From NCBI GenBank assembly GCA_040954595.2, contig CM082580.2, positions 14,522,389-14,586,388 on the forward strand: a stretch of 64,000 bases of DNA, written 5' to 3'. The DNA comes from Balanoglossus misakiensis (lineage: Eukaryota; Animalia; Hemichordata). Position 1 is the first letter of the stretch. Every line of letters starts with the position of its first letter. Made by a program: the position numbers and the translations under genes. This document shows positions 40,426-54,226 of this stretch, in pieces. The notes beneath the pieces are model-generated. The model had not been told where the DNA came from. It worked only from the letters and a program-made list of their open reading frames with translations, and ran no database searches.

Positions 40426-42790
40426 ACCAAACAGCCAACTCAACGGTAGCGTAAACGTAGCACGATCGAGCATTGACGGCGAGGACCGGTCCGTTACAAG
40501 TCCGGCAGAACGTGCGCTAAGAGATGTGCTGGAAAAAATGCAGTATAAACTGCTAACCGACCGACCCGAGCGTTGCGCTCACACAAATACCGAGAAAAAC
40601 TAAGGAATTACGACCCGTAAACAACTAGACCTCTCAGAGGTTACAGAAAAGGTGTTCCCACAAACGTGGAGAAGGGTTTGAACGAAAATATAAGAAAGAT
40701 AGAGGCAAAGTACGAATTCAGATCACTACACACGAGAGCACGATGCTCGCAGTTCAACCGCCATGTCTCGTCTGCTTTTGGATGTCGAGGGGAGTCACTA
40801 ATACATGCAACAAGCCCACGTGATACAAGCTCCGCCCCAATCGTGGAATATTGACAGTTTCTCCTGCTGCAGGGTGTCTCAGTCTGAGAATCAGGAAAAA
40901 GTCGCATTTCTTGAGATATGAGTCTTGTGTGCGGCGCGGCGTTGACCTAGAAATTCTGTGACAACCCCATTGTACTACAGTGCAGGTGCGAGGAACACTA
41001 GACGAAAAAATCGATAACGCTATTCAACATAAGAACAATAGAAGCAACACCTGGGGAAAGTCTACAGCTGCAGAACGCAGTTCCTCTTGCTACAGGGTGT
41101 CTCAGTCTGAGAATTCTCATGGGTTATAGCTCATGATAATCATCAAAATCTCACAATTTTTCGATTTTCAGAAATTTGAAAATTTCATCATTTTTCAAAA
41201 ACAATCATGTGTTATAGCTCATGAAAAAATATCAAAAAATTACATTTTTCCGACTTTGCGAATTTGTCATTTTTTGATGTCTTTCATAGGTTATATAGCT
41301 CATGAAAATCATCAAAATCTGACAATTTTTCGATTTTCAGAAATTTGAAAATTTCATCATTTTTCAAAAAAATCATGGGTTATAGCTCATGAAAAATATT
41401 GTAACGAAAATTATGTCGGACTGAGGTCCCAAAAATTGTCAAGCCTTAGTGAATGACGAACCTTGGACCAAACAGCCAACTCAATGGTAGCGTAAACGTA
41501 GCACGATCGAGCCTTGACGGCGTAGACGTTATAAGTCCTGGTTCGATTTACCTTGCGCACGGCAGAACGTGCGCTAAAAGACGTGCTGGAAAAATGCAGC
41601 ATAAAGTGCTACCCGAACGACCTGAGCCTTGCGCTCACACAAATACCAAGAAAAACCTCGGAATTACGATCCGTAGATGAATAAAACTCTCAGAGGTTAC
41701 AGAAGAGTGTTCCCACAAACGTGGAGAAGGGTTTGAACGAAAATAGAAAGATAGAGGGAAAGTACGAATTCAGATCACTACACACGAGAGCACGATGCTC
41801 ACAGTTCAACCGCCATGTCTCTACTAATTTTGGATGTCGAGGGGAGTCACTATACATGCAACAAGCCCACGTGATACAAGCTGCGCCCCAATCGTGGAAA
41901 CTTGACAGTTCCTTTTGCTACAGGGTGTTCAGTCTGAGAATCAGGAAAAAGTCGCATTTCTTGAGATACGAGTCTAGTGTGCGGCGTTGACCTAGAAATT
42001 CCGTGACAACTCCATTGTACTACAGTGCAGGTGCGAGGTACACTAGACGAAAAAATCGATAACGCTATTCAACAATATAGCAACAATGTATATGAACAAT
42101 AGAAGCAACACCCGAGGAAAGTCTACAGCTGCAAAACGCAGACTGAACGAACTAGCAGCACAAATCTTATCCCGCAATGCCACCAATGTAACGGAAATTA
42201 TGTCGGACTGAGGTCCCAAAAATTGTACAGCCTTAGTGAATGACGAACCTTGGACCAAACAGCCAACTCAACGGTAGCGTAAACGTAGCACGATCGAGCA
42301 TTGACGGCATACTGTAGACCGGTCCGTTACAAGTACGGCAGAACGTGCGCTAAGAGATGTGCTGGAAAAATGCAGTATAAACTGCTAACCGACCGACCCG
42401 AGCGTTGCGCTCACACAAATACAAAGAAAAACTAAGGAATTACGATCCGTAAACAACTAGACCTCTCAGAGGTTACAGAAAAGGTGTTCCCACAAACGTG
42501 GAGAAGGCTGTGAACGGAAATATAAGGAAGATAGAGGTAAAGTACGAATTCAGATCACTACACACGAGATCACAATGCTCGCAGTTCAACCGCCATGTCT
42601 CGTCTGCTTTTGGACGTCGAGGGGAGTTATTATATATGCAACCAGCCCACGTGATACAAGCTCCGCCCCCAATCGTGGAATATTGACAGTTTCTCCTGCT
42701 ATAGGGTGTCTCAGTCTGAGAATCAGGAAAAAGTCGCATTTTTTGAGATACGAGTCTTGTGTGCGGCGTTGACCCAGCAATTCCGTGACA
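40426..42790. repeat. Long-period tandem repeat (~787-bp unit, ~3 copies) interrupted by a ~170-bp-period satellite fragment (41116-41400)
   Basis: GACCAAACAGCCAACTCAA(C/T)GGTAGCGTAAACGTAGCACGATCGAGC recurs at ~40426, ~41466 and ~42253; the ORF track shows the repeated MEKGLNE.../MRLFPDSQ... translations. Confidence 0.9.
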
Positions 42791-43767
42791 TTATTTTTGT
42801 CGAGCAGCTCGACCAGTTTGGTTGTAATTACTCACTAAAGGTTGATGTCATTTTAGTGTTGCGATTTAATTAATACAATCTAATGAAATTCTAGCACCGC
42901 ATTATTGCTATGATCGATCAGAATGCATTGGATTTATAATAAATATGCAAGCCAGGTGTGGTTGTGTTTGACCGAGCATGTTTGTTATTATTTCAGCATT
43001 GAATTTGAATAAAGTGGTATTTGGTATTGTGTACATTGAATAGTAATGCACGTACAAGTTTGAACGGGCATTCTAACTAATATGCCCGCCTCCACACAAA
43101 TGCACAAGGACACAACATAGCGCCACCTAAGGAACAGAATGATCCTAAGCAACTGTGACAGTGTATTTGATATGGGTGTTTTATTTAAGGACAAGTATAT
43201 TTTTTGAAAATGAACTTTAAAATGTTACTTGCCTACAGTGATATAAATGAATGTCATTGTGATGAAGGTAAAGGCTGGATCACATATTGGTTTGAGTTCA
43301 ACTTGAAGAGTATCTGAGAAAATACGAAAATACAGATTGAACCAGTATAATCCACCTTTGATTTCTCGGAGACTAGGGTCGGTCATCCTCAAAATCAAAC
43401 GGAATAGATATTGCCTGAAAGGCAGTGAACTTTTTATATCCATCTGTTATCTACAAATTGCTTTATACGTGAAAACTTCTATTCAATTTCTATGATTGTA
43501 ACTGTGTGAAATAGCATAGAAACGTAAATGTTTGTAACTTGCTGCAATATCACGAAATTTTGGCACAAATTAAAATAACTTCACGTATGTAAATATTAGC
43601 TTTGATCTTCAAAAACCATCGTTATTGACTTGGTGACTTGGTAGCACTTCCCGAGGTCATTGACATGTCGGTGAACGAAGCAGCAAAGGGTGACATGACA
43701 TTATTCATAATTTAAAGCAGTTGTCAGTATGTAGTGCGCCCTCAATGACAACATGTAATTTCTGGGA

Positions 43768-45916
43768 TCAATGGGCAACTTCTTTACTCTGGTGAAATCC
43801 TGGAGGTGCAGGTATGTCGTAGCATCTCCCACTATATGCCGGACTGAGCGCCATGGCCCCTGCCGCTCCTAAAGACTCTCCTGGCTCGCTGTAGGTCGGA
43901 TCCCCATAACCAGGTGTTCCTACTGGGGCCAACCCAATCGAGGAGCCTGGACCGTACGGGTCATGACCCGTTGTCATCATTCCGTGCGAACGAGTCGGCG
44001 CGTAATGTGGGGGTGGGTGCGGGAGATCTGGTTCCGATGGTCCATGTTGTGCTGATGGAAAATGAACAGTGATGTACATTCAGATACAATATACCAGCCG
44101 GTTGATAAATCGGACATCAAAGAAAAAAGTATTGTCCGAAATCATCGATTTTGTAAGACAAAAAGTCTCCCCTTTGCTGACATAAGCAGATTTGCAACTG
44201 AAATATATGCAAATGTTTATTCTGATGTTCGACTGATAATAAAGTCAGCCTTAGAGGAAGACATGAAGGAGAAAACAAACAAATATTAAGGTGGCCCATC
44301 ACTTAAACGACTGATTGATTCAAATTTGTATTTGAAGCATATTTCAACGTGACATGTTACCCACCTGGTACGTGTGCAGTCGTGTGTATGACATGGTGTA
44401 CGTGGTGTTTGTTCCTTTTCTTCTTTTTCTTTTTTCGTTTTCTGTACCTTTTTCCACAAGCGAACCCACTGACAGCACAGCATATTATGATGGCAAAACC
44501 AATACACAGCCTGTGGAGAACGTACGAAACTGATAAGCATTATATAGCCCATTTTGGCGTTTTCAGGTCCTATGCATGGACAATACCCCATCCCAACTCA
44601 AAAAATGTCAACTTTGTGAATTTTGCCCATTTTGGCACTTTCAGGTCATATGTCAGCCACATGCATTGAAGTTCGATTATTTGCACTTGTTTCCAGTATA
44701 AATTAACATATTCACTAGACACATTTTGTTGTGTGCTTCCGCCATGCAAACAAGGAAGAGGTACTTAAAGACAGTTCTCACCAGAAATACCAAAGGTCAA
44801 CGATATCTTGATTGACCTCGACAGAATATTCACAGCACTCCTGAGATCCACAGCAGTATTCATCATCCGGGCATCTGATGATCGAGAAAATGCATGTCAG
44901 TAATATTCATTCATTCATTCATTTATTTATTTAGGCCTATTTATTTATTTTTGTTTGTTTATTAACTTCAAGATGGTAATCTGATTTACAAGTTCATTTT
45001 ACTTTTTATTAGAACCTACAATAGGCAATATACTGAAAAAACTTAAATCACTCAAATCGAAAATATACAGCAAAACCTCTCAGAGCAAAAGTGAACAAAC
45101 AGACAGACAGAGAGAAAGACACACAGACAGGCAGGCAGGCAGGCAGGCAGACGGCTTCAACACGTTGCCGGAAAAAATGTAGAAAAAGACAGATGGATGT
45201 GGAAATAAGAATTTCCATGTCGGTATTTCGTTAAGGTCGAGGTGTTCATATCTTACGTGTACTCCACTCTGTGGTAATTATCAAGCCATTCGCATTGCTT
45301 CACTCCGCAAACCTGAAAATGACGACATGAAGGACATTCAAAATGGCGGACTTCATTAAATATTAACACTTGTCTTCCGTTCTGCCCCTACAATAATCGA
45401 TACTTTCTGAAAACAGGCAAATTTATAATTGTCATTCTCCTTCGATAAAATTGAATCTGCAATAAGACATTCTTATATTCAAGTATATATTGATATTGTT
45501 GTGATCTTTCTGCTTGAATCCCTATATAATTCTGTAAACAGAGTGTGTTTATCTCAAAAGTACAACTTCCTAAAGCCAGCCTATTCTCTGATGTCAATGA
45601 TTAATCTCTGTCGATATAGTGCGTTTTGGGTTATAATGGTACGAAAGAAACTTTTCTCGATGGTTTCTTTGATAATAAGCTTTAAGAAAATACGTGTTTG
45701 TGTTTGTCCGGCCAGTGGGAATCGTGAAAAGCATGAAATGTCAAAGACGTTTGAGCGATGGACCGTCTACAAATGTCATTTCATGTAAAGCGCATAATCT
45801 AACTAATTAATGTGTTGCGACTTCCGACGCACAGATATACGATGACTTACCGATAGCTTCATCCACGAGAACACAGACAGCATCAATTTAAGAGACGAAA
45901 TCGGGAAGGACGGCAT
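43768..45916 (-). CDS. VOPP1/WBP1/Shisa-like single-pass Cys-rich membrane protein, gene A (~214 aa)
   Basis: Exons 45916-45851 (signal), 45312-45257 (VCGVKQCEWLDNYHRVEYT), 44874-44782 (CPDDEYCCGSQECCEY...LWYFW), 44510-44365 (TM then KRYRKRKKKKKKR), 44051-43768 (Pro/Tyr-rich tail with PPHY). 645 nt in frame. Confidence 0.85.
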
Positions 45917-46869
45917 CTTGGTGGGATTTGTCTATCCGTTGGGCATTACTTCCATGTTTGGGTGTTCTTTGCGAAACTGCGAAGATAGATGTGTATGGAC
46001 CTTGGAGTCTGAAAGATTACTGTTCCGATCGAATTCAGAGCTATTTGGGAGAAAGGACTTGGATCGATTTGTGTGACAGAAATGTTCAGAATGATCAATA
46101 CCAGTTTTTGTCCGACAAAACGCCCTCTACGGTTTAATGATTGAGATGGTATTTATCATTCACACCAGCCTTGATCATAACATGTATAAAGAGTGGGGGC
46201 AGTGTATCAAAGTAGCCTTTGTTGATGAGGATGATGTGGCGATTACTCGACATGAACCGTGTTACAACTGAGACACGGAATAAAAGAGTGACACACCGAG
46301 AAAAGGACTCTCTTTCTCTGTCTGTCAGTTTGTCTGTCTGTCCATCTCTCTCTCTCTCTCTCTCTATTGATTATCTGGGTTCCCGCGAATCATAATGTTA
46401 TGTGTCTGGTCATGAAGGTAGCAGTTGCCACTGACAATGTTGCCGTATGGGACATCTCAAACACTAGTACATGTAAGTTATGATTCAAAGTGGAAAAAAA
46501 ACATTTTGGCAACCTCTTTTGTAAACCACCATGCGTATAAAACATATACACCGTTTTGCTGATTTTTAGGATGGCATTGCTTTTGAGATATTTGTTGTTG
46601 CTGTAGATACCACCACGTGACCCGATTGTTCTTTGTTTACGATACCCACCGACAACAATCGGGATAGTGAATGGTATGCAAATAAGCCATGAAAGGGTGC
46701 TATTCAATAAAGGACTGAGTGGCCGGTATAACTGCGTGTTTACTAAAGTAAAATACAATGCACATGCAGTTGAATGGGATTATACTGAGCTGGTGAGAAT
46801 CGAGTCGGTTTGCAGTGCGCCATTCTATAAAACGTACCAAGAAATGTTGCTGGTTTACATGTATTGAAG

Positions 46870-49806
46870 ATGGAATCCAGAATGATGTCATTATCATCGA
46901 TTCTTCTAGTGTCTTTTCAGGTCAGTGCACAACACATTACCCCCCCCCCCCCTTTCCCCCTCCTCGTGACTTCGAGTACACTGTGAATGGTTGTGTACAG
47001 GTCGTTTCGAGTTTTGATTATGCAAGCGTTACGCACCTTCTAATGTCAATTGCAGACTTGTCTACCGTAGAGTCTCTTGACATTACATGTGATAAGGACT
47101 TCACCAGCATATACTTTAGCGATATGAAAATGTCTCACAAAAGAAATGTATGTAGCAGACGCCTTTTCCAAATCCAAAATGGCGGAACACATACGTAATT
47201 GATCCGAAAAAAATGCCTCTAATGTCTCTGTGGTTTTGCCGATCCCATAAACTACTTTTCCATACAGCTGACAGATAGTTAAATTTATGTTGGAACACAT
47301 TGTACAATTCTTTCACGCATTACATTTTAACCAAACAGCCATAAGGCTGCATTCACAAACACCTCTGGAGGGGGGGGCAGGAGAATTGAGGGGGGGGGAT
47401 TTGAAAAAATTGAGGGTATGTAAGGGGGGGGATTTGAAATAATTTAGGGACTGAAAGGGGGGGACTTGAAAACTTTAACGACTAAATATTTATTTTGAGT
47501 CCACAAAAATGCAGTTTCGCACCCTTTAATTTACAAAATTTTCTAATGTGCGAGGGGGACACCCCCTCCCACACCCACCCCCTCCATTCATCAACACCTT
47601 TCAATCATTGACTGGTTTATCTAGTGTCCCAGGTCAGGGGACTTGCCCCACCCCATGATAACTTTGAGCGGCGACGGTTAAATTTGTCCTCCCCAACATA
47701 CCGGTAGTTGAGTTAATTTGCTTTTGCCGGGTTCATTAAAATGCAGCTTTGAGCTCTGTATTTTAGAAAATTTTCTTACGTGGGAGGGGGACACCCCCTC
47801 CCAAACCCACCCCCTTCAATTCTCGGTGTACAATGTCTCCCAACACAGAATACAAATATATGTACTTAAAAAATAAAAACAATAAAAACAATGTTCAGTT
47901 TTAATACCCACTGATGAGGGGAAACATCAGTTTCAAATTCTTTTCATGGGAGCGCTGTTTTTCTTTTTACAAGATAGATAGGTGATGGTTTTGCTCTGTG
48001 AAAGAAAATGGGGGGGGGGGATTTCAAATTTTTGGCAGTTCGGAAGGGGGGGATTTGAAAATATTGGCAGTTCGGAAGGGGGGCATGTGAAAATTAGCGG
48101 TAAAAAAAATTGAATTCTCCCGCCCCCCCCCCTCCAGAGGTGTTTGTGAATGCAGCCTAACCACAAGATATGGATATGATATGGGGGAAACAAGACGACA
48201 ATTTCGGACAAATACTCGCGAGCCGAAAGATTCGATACATAGTATTAGATGATGCAGGGTCAGGTCTCCTGCGTATGACCCTGAAGAGGGTAGATAATAT
48301 TCGGACAACTGATGAAATATTTGGGGATTATTCCCATCGACTTGTCTGACTACTCTTTTCTTACATCTCTCTAGGTGGCTGAATCAAGATTGTGTTACTA
48401 TTATGACTCATATACGAATACGTACAGTTCTCACACGTAAGTTCCAACATGTGTGTGGTCACGTGAGTTATGCATGGGCGGCTTGCATTTCCCAAACCCG
48501 GTAAACCAACCATTCAATTTATGACTTGTCTATTTAATTTTTCATTTATTCAATGTACAACAAAGTCAACTTAGTTAGCACCCACCCCACCCCGCCGTTT
48601 TCTCGAACACGTTCCTCAAATAGTGACGTCAGCATAAATTCTGTTTTCTATTTCAGGTGTAGGAAAGAACATGATTGTTGTGGCAATTCGTGCTGTTCCC
48701 CGTTTAATGTATACCATGTCTGGTACTTCTGGTGAGTCTCTACTCTAAACTGAAGGGAATCGGAATTATAAGTAAACCTAACACCATCGGACCCACTCTC
48801 TCATTTATGTCTTCGTCTTATCTTTATCTCCGAACCAATTATGTCTGTGCTAATTTCGACAAAGTCTTACTCCAAATTTTTCTGTCATCGTCGATTCTCC
48901 GTCTGATATTTCATCATCTTGATTCAGTGGAAGTTTACGCACGAAATTCGTTTACAAATCGATACATTTCGTCAAAACATTGGCTTATTGTTCGTTACAG
49001 GTTTTGTCTCATAGTTGCGCTAATAATTTGCGGTGTAGCTGGTGCTGTTTACTATCGACAAAAAACGATGCGAGAGCGAAATAGAATAAGTACATTAAGT
49101 AGCATGCCTACTACACAAGGTAGGTCATTGCCATTATAACAATCCAGTGTTTCTAAATATCTGCATTTTTGACTCTTTTTGCCATGTGAAAATAATAGAC
49201 CATGTATTTCAACTATCGAGCACACTTCATTTATATTGGACGAGGAACCGCCCAAAATTGTTCTCAACTTGTACATCGTCCCCTTTTTGAACATTATGCG
49301 AGAAAGACATTGTCAGCCGCCGCCATCATGATTTGAGAAAGCGTGCGCAAAGGACTGTGGGATCGACCAAAATTAATTCGACACAACACATAAAATTAAT
49401 GCGACACAATACATAAATTAATTAGACTCTATACATAAAATTAATTCGAGATGATAGCAAAATTAATTCATCTACAGAAAAAAATAATTCCAGCAAGATA
49501 AGCTAAAATAATGAATTAGAACACATAAAATTAACCGATTAATATAGATTAATTAATAATTAACCGATTCTTTCTTATATCTGCATGATTTCAGTGCACG
49601 TTCCAGTTTCCATACAATTACAACCTCCGCCATACCCGGGAAGAGAGCCACCACCGTCGTATTCACAGACAATGATCAATCCTCTTGGACCGGTTCCATA
49701 TGCTGCTTATTCTGAACAACATACTTTTCCCGCCTACGACACACAGACACTAACATCACCTACGTCATCCAATCACAGAATTGGGAACATTAACAGCCGA
49801 CCTTAA
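46870..49806 (+). CDS. VOPP1/WBP1-like single-pass membrane protein, gene B (~172 aa)
   Basis: Exons 46870-46920 (signal), 48375-48436 (VAESRLCYYY...), 48657-48731 (CRKEHDCCGNSCCSPFNVYHVWYFW), 49001-49119 (TM), 49595-49806 (PPPY and PPSY). 519 nt in frame. Confidence 0.88.
47345..48157. mobile_element. PIF/Harbinger-type MITE in gene B intron 1
   Basis: TAA|GGCTGCATTCACAAACACCTCTGGAGGGG...CCCCTCCAGAGGTGTTTGTGAATGCAGCC|TAA. Interior homologous to the 15279-15926 element. Confidence 0.85.
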
Positions 49807-50388
49807 TGTTCACACCTCATCTCTCAGTTATATTCTAAATATACATTTTGTCAAAACGTGTGCTTTTGTAATCGGAACAAAACATAATTTAATGACATTT
49901 GTTCTCATATCGAGATAATTTACAGTACATGTATACACGTAAGTTCTCTAATTTTCGGTTAAAACTTGTCGTAGAAAATCAGACTTATATGCAATCAATT
50001 TTGTTGAGTTTTTGATGCTAAAACCTTGAATATTTTTTCTCTGTTATTTACAGAAAATTTACACTTTGACAATTATGTTATCGTTTTATATTGAAGCGAA
50101 TAACGATGTAAAAATTATTGTACACGTACATTACTGTATTTAAAGATGCTGCAAGTTATGGGTGTTATTGGTCGGTCTTCTATGTTGTGATGCACATGCG
50201 CGGTCACAAAGCTAAAGGCACTGATGTCGCAGGGACTGGCCTCTCGATTTCAGTCTTTATCATGACACGACATGAATTTGAATGTACTTCCTTAATACGA
50301 AACACGCAGCGATGTGTAAAACCCGCTTCCCTTGAAGCAACTGCCCACTTTCTCCGTTGTCGTCTATTTATCTAATAATACAGCTCAA

Positions 50389-52830
50389 CTATAGACTTTG
50401 AGTTGACATCTTAGACGACCCCGCAACTTTGTATGTAACCGCGTACTTATATGGAGCTCTCAATGGCTTCCGCATCTGCAGACCTCTTGTCCGTTTCAAG
50501 TCCTTGTTGGCATCGACCTTTTGATGTATTATCAACGGTGACTCAGACGGATTCATCACATGAAGTGGTATTTGCAGACGATTCATTTGTTGCATTTGGA
50601 GACCTTGTTCTGAGTAGACAAAACATTAAAATTAGGCCAAAATAACAGCATTGTATGCGTTTCGAACTGTTGAAATATAACGTTTGTACTCTTATGTCTG
50701 TTGGAATGGGTGGAAAGGTTTGCCCCACGTGATTGAGGTAACCCATACTTTGCATGCAAACTCTGTCACGATTACCTTGGAGAGTGGGAGCCTGGCCGAT
50801 TGCAGATTCTCACAAGGTGGCCACTTGAAAAAAGTTTGCCACTACATGGTCATGTGAAGACTCAGACACGCCCTTTTAACCATATATGGTAATATTTAAA
50901 TTAGAAGTGGTGATTATCCATTAAGCAGAAGAAACTCAGATGTGAGTTCTTATGCATAGAGCAGACATTTTTTTGTGTTCAAACGTGTTACACAGTTTGG
51001 CAAGGGTCATTGACCATGACAGTTCGGTACAGATTCATAAATGACATAAAACAGATCTGGAATGCGAAACACAGGTACCTTCACCGCCACTGCGAATGGA
51101 CGAAAAAGATGTTTGTGGAGTTGACAGCAGCGCGACACGCTTACTGTTCAACGCACACCTACATATGAACAATCCAGCACAGGTTAGAAGTACCATTGCT
51201 ACCATTAGCATCAACCTGTGAGTGATATATACATATAGCAGTTATAAGTCGTTGATTTAAACCACGGTCAAAGAAACTGTCTTTCTGTAAACTGAGCACA
51301 GCCTGTGTATACAACAGTTGGAATCACTATTGACAAGTTTCAAGCGTATTATGTTTACAAACACGGCACTACCCATCATAACCTTTACGTTGAAATTTTG
51401 GAAAATTCGGTTAGTTAAACTCTATTGACTTCATTCTTTCAAAGCCTGGACGGGATAGTTATATAGTCATTACCAGCATTGCCGAAACCTAGAACTCACC
51501 AGAAATACCAGTTCCTGATTAGCACGAAATTGTGGCAACAAGTTTGCCCACAGCAATGCTGCTCAACATCGCAACTGCAGCACAAAGAGAATGAACGAGA
51601 AGGATTTACAAAGAAAAATAATGACTCAGTAATCTAAACACAAAAATTACAAACTGTCATTAATCTCTTTGTTTGATTGCATACACTAAAAAGGTGAAGG
51701 AAGAGTTTCGTTATTTATCATATTTATCTCTTGATATGTTCATGTTTGTTATGTTTTGGCAAGAATGCATCTGACCAAAGTCGACTAAAATGATGTCACT
51801 CACGCTCACTTCGAAGTACAGAAGATTTCTCGAGATTCTGACCGAACGCACATTCTTTCCAAAAATTGCAACCATCGTCATTCCAACTTACATTTTTGCA
51901 CAACATGTAACTTACCTAAAACTGACACTCCCTTGTTCAGTCGTGAAGTTACAATCTACAGCCAGGGCCTAGTTTTTATAAAAGCAAAGCCAAGGGAGGT
52001 CAGCCAGTGAAAATTAATGAAAGTAATTCTCATTTAAGATTGCTGGTGAGGTTCATGAAATCATATTTCAATCGCATTATTTCATTTTCTGTGTCACCAA
52101 ATATGTTTGTTTTTGTGTCTTAAAAGAATATATTTAGGAAAAAAAAATACTTGAAAAAGAAAACGACATGTACATGTCTCAGATTTGTAAAGACATCGTT
52201 TATCACAATAGCTGATCTAAGTATAAGAAAGTTAGAACATTCTGAGACATGTGTTTGAGAACGCGTGTTAAATATGATTGGGTGACAATTGGTTGGACAA
52301 TTTTTGACTTGCACTATTTTGAAAAAAGCAACATGACCATAATACATACTGAGAAAATTATCATTGAAGACAAGAAGTTGTCAATGCCATACTCCCTAAA
52401 GCATGAAAGATGACAACGTCTTTGTCAGTGTTGACTAATTCAATAATCCTATCATTTGTTCATTCATATTCATATCGGGTTCACACTTTGGTGATAATAA
52501 ATACAAAATGATGTAATGACGTCACATGGTGATATGTCGTTGAGTTAAAACGTGAAATTTTTCTTATTCTCTATTTTCGTTTGAATATCTTCAGACAGAG
52601 AGAGGGGGGAGACACAGAATGATAGAGTTACACAGAGAAAAGGACTCTCTTTCTCTGTATGTCTGTTTGTCCATCTCTCTCTCCTTTCCTCCCCCTCTCT
52701 CTCTCTCTCCCTCCCTCCCTCCCTCTCCCTTATATATCCTTGACATACAATTAATAACACTGCAATTAGACGGACCCACCTCTTTTCCAACATATAATAA
52801 TAAGCAGACCGCGAGAAGCTTCTGTGACAT
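50389..52830 (-). CDS. VOPP1/WBP1/Shisa-like single-pass membrane protein, gene C (~178 aa)
   Basis: Exons 52830-52780 (MSQKLLAVCLLLYVGKE), 51968-51916 (ALAVDCNF...), 51574-51500 (CDVEQHCCGQTCCHNFVLIRNWYFW), 51215-51079 (TM), 50609-50389 (tail). 537 nt in frame. The last exon is less certain. Confidence 0.8.
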
Positions 52831-54226
52831 ATTGGCCTCTACCGGATAGGAACCCAGCAGCACGATGCGATTGCAACCCTTCTCTTCTACTGATTGTGCA
52901 ACGTATGGTATATAAAATAACATACCTGATAATGGGCATCGTCACTGCTCGCAAAACACCCCTATATTGATTGTAGTCGCGTCCAATGGCAGCAAAAAGG
53001 GGCCCCAACGTTTCTTATACCCAGAAACCATAACTGTATTGCATACAAAATATCTTTCGGGTACGTTTTACTATTTTGTTCATCATGGTAAGGCGAGCTA
53101 GGAAAGAAAACTGATAAAATGTGACAATGTGCACCGTTCGAATAATGTTCGTTTCAATGATTATATTAAATTGCGCATACAATGTACCTCAGTTTGCGCG
53201 GGAAATCTTGATTGACATTGGAAATAATATTTCCTTTGCACACAAGCTGTATGCCACTCATATTCTACTTCATGGAAGGTGAAGACTTCGCCACTCACCA
53301 GGAAGTCAATCTGCATACTCGATTTTCATGTAACGAGCAACAATTGTCTAACTTCAATAAGATGCTAATATGTTCACTGTTTCTCCTTGAGGTATCGGGC
53401 GCTGCCATGCCAACGCTGCTCGATGGTGTGTGCGTGATACTGTTTATGAAATAGACAAAAAACAACGATGTGGTGATATCTTTGTAACGCATCTGCGGTT
53501 CATTTTTTTGCAATATTTCTTCGTTTCTCCGCTTATCACCCACAATACGCGTTTACTTTATAAAACAAAACAACCACCGGAAAACGACGAAGTATGTATA
53601 CTGACCAAATAATACGTTTCATACTCAAATCCTGCCCCTCAAAAATGTGGGACTCAAAGAGGAAAGAAGGTCGTGTTCTCATAACAATCAAACAACAAAT
53701 GAAGCATGTGTAATTAATTGTAGATATCGGTGAGATTATCATGGCGAACTGTAGACTGAACTAAAGGAGAGCTAGGTAATTACCATACTGCATGGTTAAT
53801 CTATTAACTGCTATTACTGCAAAAGTTTCTGTACCCTCCCTATATATAGATACCAGAAGCCTGGAAAATATTTGTGGTGTTTATTACAGAAGGAATGCTT
53901 TTATAATGCATTTGTCGCTATATGCAGACTGTTTACTCAGAGACAGCAACCGAGCGATATGAAACACTAAAGTCTTCAGTTGGGCGGTGTCATCATAGAT
54001 GATTTTGAACATTTTACGGAGGGAGTTGCGACAATCAACGTAATGAACGATGAGCTGGAAGATAAACTAAACTTTATCACAATTTGAGGACGCAGACTGA
54101 AATAAACACCAGCTAGTTCGGTGAAGGTACCAACGAAGTTCGTACGCTAACGCTGTTTATATCCCACGATATTCTGCCGGTTACACAAGCAGTAGACTAT
54201 TATCAGTGTGTACTACAACCCACAAA

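Noticed and set aside
40641-42780. Repeated ORFs MEKGLNE.../MRLFPDSQ... as a gene family or CRISPR-like array
   Set aside because: Frameshifts differ between units, the whole unit repeats with no unique spacers, and the context is eukaryotic.
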